This document shows positions 53,041 through 64,000 of a stretch of 64,000 nucleotides of DNA, piece by piece. The notes under the pieces are model-generated. The model searched no databases. It saw nothing but the letters and a program-made list of their open reading frames with translations, and had not been told where the DNA came from. Each line of letters opens with the position of its first letter. Position 1 is the first letter of the stretch. The DNA lies in the NCBI GenBank assembly GCA_036785375.1, contig JAWMAR010000688.1, forward strand, positions 434,001 to 498,000, written 5' to 3'. The position numbers and the translations under genes are program-made. The DNA comes from Leucoraja ocellata (taxonomy: Eukaryota).

Positions 53041-54644
53041 ACTATTATTTTCCATCCTTCACGTGGGAAGTTTCTTGACCTTAAAAAAGACTGCCAAGCG
53101 ATACTGCTTACTGAGAATATCTGGGATGAAAGTATTAATGTAAGGGTAGTTTCCTGCATAATTTAAAGATGTTTTTCTATTTTTCCAAAATTCCTATTTT
53201 TGAAGCTTTTTGAAAGATAAAAATATTCACTATTTGGATCTGGGGCATTGGGGTTAGTTCTTTTTTTTTTTCTCCTGTTATCCTCAAATGAAAAGTACAG
53301 TTATAACTGTATTTATCTTTTTTTACTCTGAAATATTCTTGTGCAATGTCAGCCTATATCCTATCATGAACTTCAGATTTCTCCCTGCCCTGTTAACCTT
53401 GTGTTGTATCAAGTATTCTACTCATCTTTTTAAGATATTTTTTATGTGTTTGTTTACTATCCCATTTGTCAAGTAACCAATAATTCCATCTTTTCTCTTT
53501 CACTTTTATCTTCCATCACCCTCCCTTTCACCTCTCACCAACCGCAAGCTCTGGTTCCCTGGAATAAACTTTGGGAACATTAGGTTGAAGTGCTTTGCTT
53601 GAAAATGGCGAGTTTTCACAGGTTTAAAAAGAAAGGCCAGAAGTGCAGGCATCAATAATAAATTAAGGCGAGACAAGCCCTTGAGCAGAGAGCTGTAAAC
53701 CATCAGTTCAAGCTGATACAATGGGCACCTATTGTCTTTTCCCTTGTATATTGTTTGAAATAGCTAAGGTTGTTAAGCAGTTTTGTAATTGCACCACAGA
53801 TGGCCAACCTATTGTGGTGACAACATATTTATTCAAATGACTATAGCTCCGAGGAGTCTGAGAAAATAGGCAGAAAGGTCTTTTGTTTTAACCAGGTCTG
53901 GTAGCCAATCCTTATCAAGACACTTCTTCACCACTAACTAGAATTTGCTTTCACTGTTACTCTATACTTTTGGTTGTTGATGAAATGCAATGAGTTTTAT
54001 TAGCTTCCTTCACCATGTTCCTCAGCTTGTTTTCAGGACAAAATGGAGAAGCAGCTCTTCTGTAAACGACTATATGTTTATGAAGATCGACTAATTGGGG
54101 TGCATTATTATTTTCAGAAGATGGAATAGTGTGATAAGGTAGAAGATCAGCTGAATCTTACTGAAAGTCAGGTTGGGCTCATAAGCTGAAGGTCCTATTC
54201 CTGTTTCTTGAATTCCTATCGTAGTTAGATATTAGGCCAGGTGCTCCTCTAAATGCACAACTGCTGTACCTGAAAAATATGTCTACCCACAGATGTAAAA
54301 GAACAGCATTTTGGGGATTAATGTAAAGTTTTCCACATTGATAGGAAAATCAGAAAGGCAATCTATTATTTAAGTGATGAGAAATTGGGAAATGTTGATG
54401 TTTAAAATGGATCTGGGTGTCCTTGTGCACTCATCACTGAAAACAAATATCTATGTGCAACAAATAGTTAACACAAATAGAATGTTGGTCTTCATTAGAG
54501 TCATTAGTCTTACAGCAAGGAAACAGGCCCTTCAGCCCAACTTGCCTATGCCAACCAAGATAACCCCATAATATGCTAGTCCCACCTGCCTGCGGTTGGC
54601 CCATATCCCTCTAAACCCTTCCTATCCATGTTTCTGTCCAATGT

Positions 54645-54672
54645 CTGAAGAAGGGTTTCGGCCCGAAACGTT
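54645..54672 (+). ncRNA. Minimal hammerhead ribozyme core, sense to FAM117B pre-mRNA; duplicate at 63625-63652
   Basis: CTGAAGA-A-GGGTT-TC-GGCCC-GAAAC-GTT: both catalytic boxes intact, stem II with G-U pairs, GUU triplet, palindromic AACGUU. Confidence 0.55.
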
Positions 54673-55178
54673 GCCTATTTCCTTCGCTCCATTGATGCTG
54701 CTGCACCCGCTGAGTTTCTCCAGCACTTTTGTCTACCTTCAATGTTTTTAAATGTTGTTATAGTACCTGCTCAACTACCTCCTCTGGCAGCTCGTTCCAT
54801 ATACCCGTCACCCTCTGTGTGGAAAAAGTTGCCCGGTTCCTATGAAATCTTTCCCCTCTCACCTTAAAGAATGAGAAATATGCTTGTTTAGGAGATCTGG
54901 AATGTGCAATCAAATCTCAGGATACAGGATAAGAACTTTAGATTGAGATGAGTATTTTCACTTGGAGAAGTGAACCTTTGAAATTTGCTATCAATGCAAG
55001 TGGTAAACTTTCAGCATATAAGTAAGAAGGTGATTTACCAGCTGCAAGAGGTCCCAAGGGCTTTGGGGAGAATGCGAGAATATTGTATTTTGGATAGATT
55101 GTCAAGGATTGAATGGCCTGCTTGTGTGTCTTTTTGGATAAATTGTTTTGGTTTTCTGTCAACAATAGCCTTGCATAA

Positions 55179-55331
<153 letters not shown>

Positions 55332-55459
55332 TAAAGTATCTTTCCACATGTACTGTCTAAACTAATTAGAACACATCGTACAAAGAACAGAACACAGGGC
55401 GGTCCGGTGGAACAGCGGTATAAGTCTGCTGTACAGCCCAACCCAACCTGGCCTGCCAA

Positions 55460-55659
55460 NNNNNNNNNNNNNNNNNNNNNNNNNNNNNNNNNNNNNNNNN
55501 NNNNNNNNNNNNNNNNNNNNNNNNNNNNNNNNNNNNNNNNNNNNNNNNNNNNNNNNNNNNNNNNNNNNNNNNNNNNNNNNNNNNNNNNNNNNNNNNNNNN
55601 NNNNNNNNNNNNNNNNNNNNNNNNNNNNNNNNNNNNNNNNNNNNNNNNNNNNNNNNNNN
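55460..55659. other. Assembly gap (200 N)
   Basis: Run of exactly 200 N; a round-number scaffolding gap. Confidence 0.99.
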
Positions 55660-57500
55660 CTCCCATTACGGGAAACATCCTTTCTACATCCACTATATCT
55701 AGGCTTTCATTATCTCACTGAGTTTAGTGGAATGGAGGCCAAGGCAGTGGATATTTTTAAAACAGAGATTGATAGATTCTTGATTAGTAAGGACGTAAAA
55801 GGGTATGGGGAGAAGACAGGAGAATGGGTTGAGAGGGAAAAATAGATCACACATCGAATAATGGAGCAGACTCAATGTGCCGAATGGCCTAATTCCGCTC
55901 CTGTCATAAGGCCTTTCATCTGTTACAACCAAACTATAGGGCAACAACATCAGCATTTCATTGCTATGACGGTGACAGCAAAGGGTAGAAATTTGTGCCG
56001 TTTTCCAGTGATGTATCAGTAATGCATCTGAGCATATCATGCAACAAAAGCCCCTTTTCGTACTGATTCCATGCATGCTTATTCCTAGGAACACATGCTG
56101 TGTACTAAGTGAGATGCTGACAGTGTACAAGGGAGTTGAGAGGTGTTGAGAGAGACTGATGTTGAGACCAAGTTGGATTAACCATGATCTTATTGAATGG
56201 CAGAGCAGACTCAAGAGGCCATCAGCGACCGGCAGGTCGTCTTAAGGTTTTTATATGCGAAATTGCAAGTGAATGATTTCAGTTCATTTGGTAAACTTCT
56301 GACAATTGGTTCAACACAAATTTGTGGTTGTACAGTTTTGTATAATAATTTAGGTAATGGTTCATTCATTCTTTGGAGTCGAAGAATTAAATCCACTGTT
56401 TTTAAAGATTGGTCGTTTTTGCTGGAAGGTGCATTCAAAATGAACATTGAATCTTGTTACATGTTGGTGACCTTCATTTTTGGCAATCATTTGGAATTTA
56501 TATTCATTTTAAGCATGAGGATTTTAAGGATGAACATTGATCCTGTACATCTTACCTTCTGGACCAGCCTATCATGGGGATCTTTATGAAATGCCTTACT
56601 AAATCTATGTAGACAATAAGTACCACCCCACTGTCATCGATCACCTTTGTCACCTCTTCAAAAAAAAACTTGATCAGGTTAGTAAGACATGATTTGTCAC
56701 GTACACAGCCATGCTCACTGCCTAATTAACAAATTCACTTCCAAATGGAAGTAAATCCTATCTTCAAGAATTCTCTCCATTAACTTCGCTACCATAGTGT
56801 GAGGCTCATTAGCCTATAATTCCCTGGAGATTCTCTACTTCCTGTTTTTAAACAAAGGAACAACATTGACTAGACTGCAGTCCTCTGAGACCTCGCCTGT
56901 GGCTAGAGAAGACACAAAGACCTTCGCAAAAGTTCCTGCTATTTCCTCTCTTCCTCTTTCAGTAACCTTGCATTAGTTCCCTTCAGGCACTATCTCTAAC
57001 TTCAAACCATCCTTGTATCCCCTATTTCCATCCCTCAAGCACCCTAGTCATCGTACCAGTTTCACTGTCCTGCTGAGTTTCATTGTTTAGATCACTCGTT
57101 ATCACCTTCCCCAACAATGGGCCACTGTAGGCTTCACCTTTCCTTGATCATCATTGCTTTTTGCATATCTTTCATATATTTGTTCTATGTACCTTTTCTT
57201 ATCTCTTCCCCTCCATGACTCTCAGTCTGAAGAAGGATCTCGACCTGAACATCACCTCGTCCTTTTCTCCAGAGATGCTGCCTGACCCGCTGAGTTACTC
57301 CAGCCTTTTATGTCTATCTTCCATGTAAACCAGCATCTGCTGTTCTTTCCTGCACAAATGTCTGCTCCCAATTTACTCTCCCTTGTTCCTGTGTAATAAC
57401 TTTGTCGAGGTCCAAAGATTTGGCAATTGGGGGGGGGGGGGGGGGGCAGCCTACAGTACAATCCCAGTGGAGTGATTACACCTTTATTATTTTGAATTGA

Positions 57501-57818
<318 letters not shown>

Positions 57819-58786
57819 TGAATATAATCAAGACATAAGTACAACAGGTAGTGCAAAGAAAAAATACCTGAGTGAAGAATATAGTGTTACAGCTTTTAGC
57901 TTTAAAGTTCCAGAGAAATTGCAAATAAAACAAAAGTGCAAGGTCTGCAAGAAGGTAGGTTAGGAGATGGGAGCTACATCCTAGCTTATGGGATGAATGG
58001 GGTCAAGGAAAGAGCGTTTGTCGCGGCCCTGTTTCCACCAATCTTTTCACCACCACGCACAAGAAGCGCAAAACAGACACCATTGTATGCAGATGCCGAG
58101 ACGTGTGTTCAGCCCTGGCTGAACAATTTCTAAACTTGTGATGTGGACTCGATAAGAAAAAGATGGATGAATGGTCTAATAACAGCGAGGAAGAAGCTGT
58201 TCCTAAATCAGGTGGCACATGTTTTCAAGCTTTTGCATCTGCCGGATAGGAGAGTGGAGAAGAGGAAATGACGGATTAAATTGCCCTTGAATATGTTGGC
58301 TGCTTTCCCAAGGCAGCATGGAGTATAGATTGAGACACTGGGGAAGGGGGAACTGTTTGGTATATTAGACTGCGCTGCATCCATATTCTCTCTGCAATTT
58401 CTTGTATTGAATAAGTTGAATAAGTTTATTGGTCAAGTATTCACATACAAGGAATTGCCTTGGTGCTCTACCCGCAAGTGACACATGACATAAAGTGACA
58501 GTTAGGAATGACACAAAAAACATTAAACATTAATAATAAAACATTATTGATTAAACAAGTGAATTAAATAAAATACTAGAGCAAAAGGAGGCTACACATT
58601 TTTGGTTATTGAGTAGAGCTTGTGGTCTTAACCGAGCTTGCCAAACCAAGTTGTGAAGCATCCGATAGGATGCTTTCTATGTGCTGGTGAAGGAGATTTA
58701 TTGAGATTGAATCAATATCCCATTGGACAAAGATTCCATTTTCTCATTGCTGTCCTTCATGCTATATTCAAAGAAGGCTGGTACTA

Positions 58787-60420
58787 CAGGCGCACAACCT
58801 TTTATCCGAAGTTCCAAATAACGAAAAGCTCCGAATAGCGACATTTTTTCGGTCCTTGAAAAAAGGTCCTTGAAGACGTTCACCGAGGGCGGCCCGCAGA
58901 GGTGACAGCGGAACCTCCGGTCGGTCCTCGAAGAAAGGGGAACTAAATCCCCATTCATAAAAGACAAGGTGAGGGTATATTGCGCGGGAGGGTTAATAAT
59001 TGACAATCTGCTGCTGCCTGCCCGCTGAGTTAAAAAGTTCCCAACGTAGACTCACGATACACAGTGTATCGTGAGTCTTGCGTGGGAACTTTTTAACTCA
59101 GCAGGCAGGTAGCAGCAGATTGTCGCTCCCTTCATTTCTCACCCCACCTACACCCCTCTGCTTCCCGGCCATGTGTGTGACTCCTTCCCTCCCCCGCCCA
59201 TTGCACCGGCGCGGGGTTTTGCACTGTCTTCACGTCGGAGCCAGTGCCAGTCACCAGAGACGTCAGGACCAACGGGACACCGGCCCCCAGGCCCACTGCA
59301 AGCACGGAGATCCCAGAGACCCACAGCCAGCAGCAGCCCAGCCCCGCTCCAACTACAGAGGAACACGCTCCCCGTATGACCGAAGCTGATGGTGTGCAAG
59401 CTACGTCTTGTCTTGGGTTGCAGATGAGGGGCGCAGCTCGGGCTGTGACGTCTCGGGCCACCCCCCTGTACAGGAGCTGAGACTGGGAACTGTGGGGTTG
59501 TTTGCAGTTGCAGAGGGAGGGAGCAAGGGCGGTACAGTTCCCAGTCTCAGCTCCATTCCAGGGAGGTGACCGGAGACGTCAGGACCAACGGGACACCGAC
59601 TGCAAGCACGGAGATCCCAGAGACTCACAGCCAGCAACAACTAGCCCAGCCCCGCTCCAACTCCCAGAGGAACCCGGGTTGCGGATGAAGGGGCGCAGCT
59701 CGGGCTGTTGGCGAAGTGCCACTTGTCGCTGTAGCGGCGCATCGGGGAGCGGGTTCTTGTTGGTCCTGACATCTCCGGCCATCCCCCTGGACAGGAGCTG
59801 AGAGACATCAGGACCCACCAGAAGCCGCTCCCCGATGGGCCGCTACAGCGACAAGTGGCAGTTCGCCCACAGCCCGAGCTGCGCCCCCTCATCGGGACAC
59901 CGACCCCCAGGCCCACTGCAAGCACGGAGATCCCAGAGACTCACAGCCAGCAACAACTCTAGCCAGCCCCGCTCAAACTCCAGAGGAACCCGGGTTGCGG
60001 ATGAGGGGGCGCAGCACGGGCTGTGGGCGAACTGCCACTTGTCGCCGTAGGGCAGCGGATTCCTCTGGAGTTGGAGGGACAGGGAGACAGCGGCTTTTGA
60101 GAATGGTGGGCAATCACTTCCAAAGTTCTGCCCACACAGTCAGTACACCTCTCCTACACTTGTCTTCCGCACTAAGACCATCTCGCAGAGAATGATCCCA
60201 GCCTAACCCATTCTCTCCTATTCTGCAAGAAAAAACTACATTGAAGATTCAAACTCGCGATTGAGTAACAGCCGGGATCGAGGCGCAAACTCGCGACCTT
60301 GCGGCTATGAGCCGAGCACTCTACCACTACACTAAAAATCTTTCATTCCGAAAGCCGAAAAATTCTGAATTACGAAAAGTGTCTGGTCCCAAGGCTTTCG
60401 GATAAAAGGTTGTGCACCTG
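58787..60420. mobile_element. Foldback MITE C (1634 bp), same termini as MITEs A and B but a different interior; absent from copy 1
   Basis: gtacTA-CAGGCGCACAACCTTTTATCCGAA...TTCGGATAAAAGGTTGTGCACCTG-TAtgggaaagg. The empty site gtacTAttgggaaagg is at 51311-51326. Confidence 0.93.
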
Positions 60421-63400
60421 TATGGGAAAGGTTTGTTTGTACAGCTATAATAGTTAGCATCACAGATATGACAGTGGTCGAGAAGGTTTCGGCACATTGG
60501 CCATCATCAGTCAGAGTATTGAGTGTAGAAAGACACAAAAAGCTGGAGTAATTCAGTGGGCAGGCAGCATCTCTGGTGAGAAGGAATGGGACAATGGTTA
60601 GGGATAAAGGAAACAAGAGCCATAGACAGTGATATGGAGAGATAAAGAACAATGAATGAAAGATATGCAAAAAAGTAATGATGATAAAGGAAACACGCTG
60701 TTTGTAGGGTGAAAATGAGAAGCTAGTGCAACTTGGGTGGGGGAGGGATAGAGAGAGAGGGAATGCCGGGATTACCTGGTGAGAGAAATCAATATTCATA
60801 CTACTGGGCTGTAGCTGCCCAAGTGAAATATGAGATGCTGTTCCTCCAATTTGCGTTTAGCCTCACTCTGACAATGGAGGAGACTCGAGGACAGAAAGGT
60901 GTGTGTAGGAATGGGAATGAGAATTACAGTGTCCAGCAACCAGGAGATCAGGTTGATCCATTATATGAAACGAGCTGCCAGAGGAGGTAGTTGAGACAAG
61001 TGCCTTCTTGACCCGAAACGTCACCCATTCCTTCTCTCCCGAAATGCTGCCTGTAACGCTGAGTTACTCCAGCATTTTGTGTCTATCTTCGGTTTAAACC
61101 AGCATCTGCAGTTTTTTCCCACACAGGTGCTTTCATAATGTTTAAGAAACATTTGGACAGGTACATGGATAGATAGGTTTAGAGGATTATGCGGCAAGCG
61201 CTGACAGGTGGGACTAGTGCAGATGAGGCATTTTGGTTGGCATGGGCAAGTTGGACCGAGAATGGTCTGTTTCTACACTATGACTCTTATAACCATATAA
61301 CCATTTACCAATTACAGCATGGAAACAGGCCATCTCAGCCCTTCTAGTCCGTGCTGAACACTATTCTCACCTAGCCCCATCTACCTGCACTCAGACCATA
61401 ACCCTCCATTCTTTTCCCGTCCATATACCTATCTAATTTATTTTTAAATGATAAAATCAAACCTGCCTCCACCACTTCAACTGGGAGCTCATTCCACACA
61501 GCTACCACTCTGAATAAAGATGTTCCCCTCATGTTACCCCTAAACCTCTGTCCCTTAATTCTCAAATCATGTCCTCTTGTTTGAATCTTCCCTACTCTCA
61601 ATGGAAAAAGCTTATCCACGTCAACTCATCATTTTAAAGACCTCTATCGTCCCCCCCCTAACCTTCTGTGCTCCAAAGAATAAAGACCTAACTTGTTCAA
61701 CCTTTCTCTGTATCTTAGTTGCTGAAACCCAGGCAACATTCTAGTAAATCTCCTCTGTACTCTCTCAATTTTGTTGACATCTTTCATATAATTTGGCGAC
61801 CAAAACTGTACACCATTCTCCAGAATTGGCCTCACCAATGCCTTGTACAATTTTAACATTACATCCCAACTTCTATACTCAATGCTCTGATTATAAAGGC
61901 CAGCACACCAAAAGCTTTCTTTACCACCCTATCTACATGAGATTCCAACTTCAGGGAACTATGCACAGTTATTCCTAGATCCCCTCTGTTCAACTGCATT
62001 CCGCAATTCACTACCATTTACCATGTATGTCCTATTTTGATTTGTTCTGCCAGGATGTAGCACCTCACACTTATCAGCATTAAACACTTATGCACTATTA
62101 TTTTCCATCCTTCACGTGGGAAGTTTCTTGACCCTTAAAAAGACTGCCAAGCGATACTGCTTACTGAGAATATCTGGGATGAAATGTATTAATGTAAGGG
62201 TAATTTCCTGCATAATTTAAAGATGTTTTTCTATTTTTCCACAATTCCTATTTTTGAAGATAAAAATATTCACTATTTGGATCTGGGGCATGGGTTAGTT
62301 CTTTTTTTTTTCTCCTGTTATCCTCAAATGAAAAGTACAGTTATAACTGTATTTTATCTTTTTTTTACTCTGAAATATTCTTGTGCAATGTCAGCCTATA
62401 TCCTATCATGAACTTCAGATTTTTTAAGATATTTTTCATGCGTTTGTTTACTATCCCATTTGTCAAGTAACAATAATTCCATCTTTTCTCTTTCACTTTT
62501 ACCCTCCCTCACCCTCCCTTTCACCTCTCACCAACCGCAAGCTCTGGTTCCCTGGAATAAACTTTGGGATCATTAGGTTGAAGTGCTTTGCTTGAAAATG
62601 GCGAGTTATCACAGGTTTAAAAAGAAAGGCAGAAGTGCAGGCATCAATATAAATTAGGCGAGACAAGCCCTTGAGCAGAGAGCTGTAAACCATCAGTTCA
62701 AGCTGATACAATGGGCACCTATTGTCTTTTCCCTTGTATATTGTTTGAAATAGCTAAGGTTGTTTAAGCAGTTTGTAATTGCACCACAGATGGCCAACCT
62801 ATTGTGGTGACAACATATTTATTCAAATGACTAACTCCGAGGAGTTCCTGAGAAATAGGCAGAAAGGTCTTCTGTTTAACAGGTCTAGTAGCCAATCCTT
62901 ATCAAGACACTCTTCACCAGTAACTAGAATTTGCTTTGACTGTTACTCTATACTTTTGGTTGTTGATGAAATGCAATGAGTTTTATTAGCTTCCTTCACC
63001 ATGTTCCTCAGCTTGTTTCAGGACAAAATGGAGAAGCAGCTCTTCTGTAAACGACTATATGTTTATGAAGATCGACTAATTGGGGGTGCATTATTATTTT
63101 TCAGAAGATGGAATAGTGTGATAAGGTAGAAGATCAGCTGAATCTTACTGAAAGTCAGGTTGGGCTCATAAGCTGAAGGTCCTATTCCTGTTTCTTGATT
63201 CCTATCGTAGTTAGATATTAGGCCAGGTGCTCCTCTAAATGCACAACTGCTGTACCTGAAAAATATGTCTACCACAGATGTAAAAGAACAGCATTTTGGG
63301 GATTAATGTAAAGTTTTCCACATTGATAGGAAAATCAGAAAGGCAATCTATTATTTAAGTGATGAGAAATTGAGAAATGTTGATGTTACAATGGATCTGG

Positions 63401-64000
63401 GTGTCCTTGTGCACTCATCACTGAAAACAAATATCTATGTGCAGCAAATAGTTAACACAAATAGAATGTTGGTCTTCATTAGAGTCATAGTCATACAGCA
63501 AGGAAATAGGCCCTTCAGCCCAACTTGCCTATGCCAACCAAGATACCCCATATATGCTAGTCCCACCTGCCTGCGGTTGGCCATATCCCTCTAAACCTTT
63601 CCTATCCATGTTCCTGTCCAATGTCTGAAGAAGGGTTTCGGCCCGAAACGTTGCCTATTTCCTTCGCTCCATAGATGCTGCTGCACCCGCTGAGTTTCTC
63701 CAGCACTTTTGTCTACCTTCAATGTTTTTTAAATGTTGTTATAGTACCTGCCTCAACTACCTCCTCTGGCAGCTCGTTCCATATACCCGTCACCCTCTGT
63801 GTGGAAAAAGTTGCCCGGTTCCTATGAAATCTTTCCCCTCTCACCTTAAAGAATGAGAAATATGCTTGTTTAGGAGATCTGGAATGTGCAGTCAAATCTC
63901 AGGATACAGGATAAGAACTTTAGGATTGAGATGAGTATTTTCACTTGGAGAAGTGAACCTTTGAAATTTTGCTATCAATGCAAGTGATAAACTTTCAGCA

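Noticed and set aside
59260-60050. CRISPR-like or regularly spaced repeat array
   Set aside because: The repeats are irregular direct and inverted modules without constant-length unique spacers, in a eukaryotic MITE context.

Overview
Eukaryotic vertebrate DNA, most likely from a cartilaginous fish (skate/ray/shark); this is inferred from the repeat repertoire of CR1/HER1-type LINEs, HE1/V-SINE-type SINEs and Penelope-like termini. The window lies entirely inside one + strand gene, FAM117B, of which six internal coding exons are visible (5399-5550, 18225-18317, 19929-20042, 36731-36880, 50074-50295, 55210-55330; probably exons 2-7). The introns are packed with mobile DNA: many CR1 fragments, a full-length decayed Tc1 (DD34E) element, three TA-flanked foldback MITEs sharing one TIR, an 8-bp-TSD hAT-type foldback element, two DNA elements with atypical TSD lengths, non-autonomous Helitron-like elements, a HERO-like RLE retrotransposon remnant, and Penelope-like remnants. 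More than a dozen short inserts, several TSD-flanked, carry an intact or degenerate minimal hammerhead-ribozyme core (CUGAAGA-stem-GAAACGUH). A 200-N gap (55460-55659) separates two near-identical copies of the segment starting at 48183. The copies differ by a 1.6-kb MITE presence/absence and by complementary 1-bp frameshifts in the same FAM117B exon, which most likely reflects an uncollapsed haplotype overlap. All coordinates were read by eye; repeat boundaries are approximate unless TSDs are quoted.
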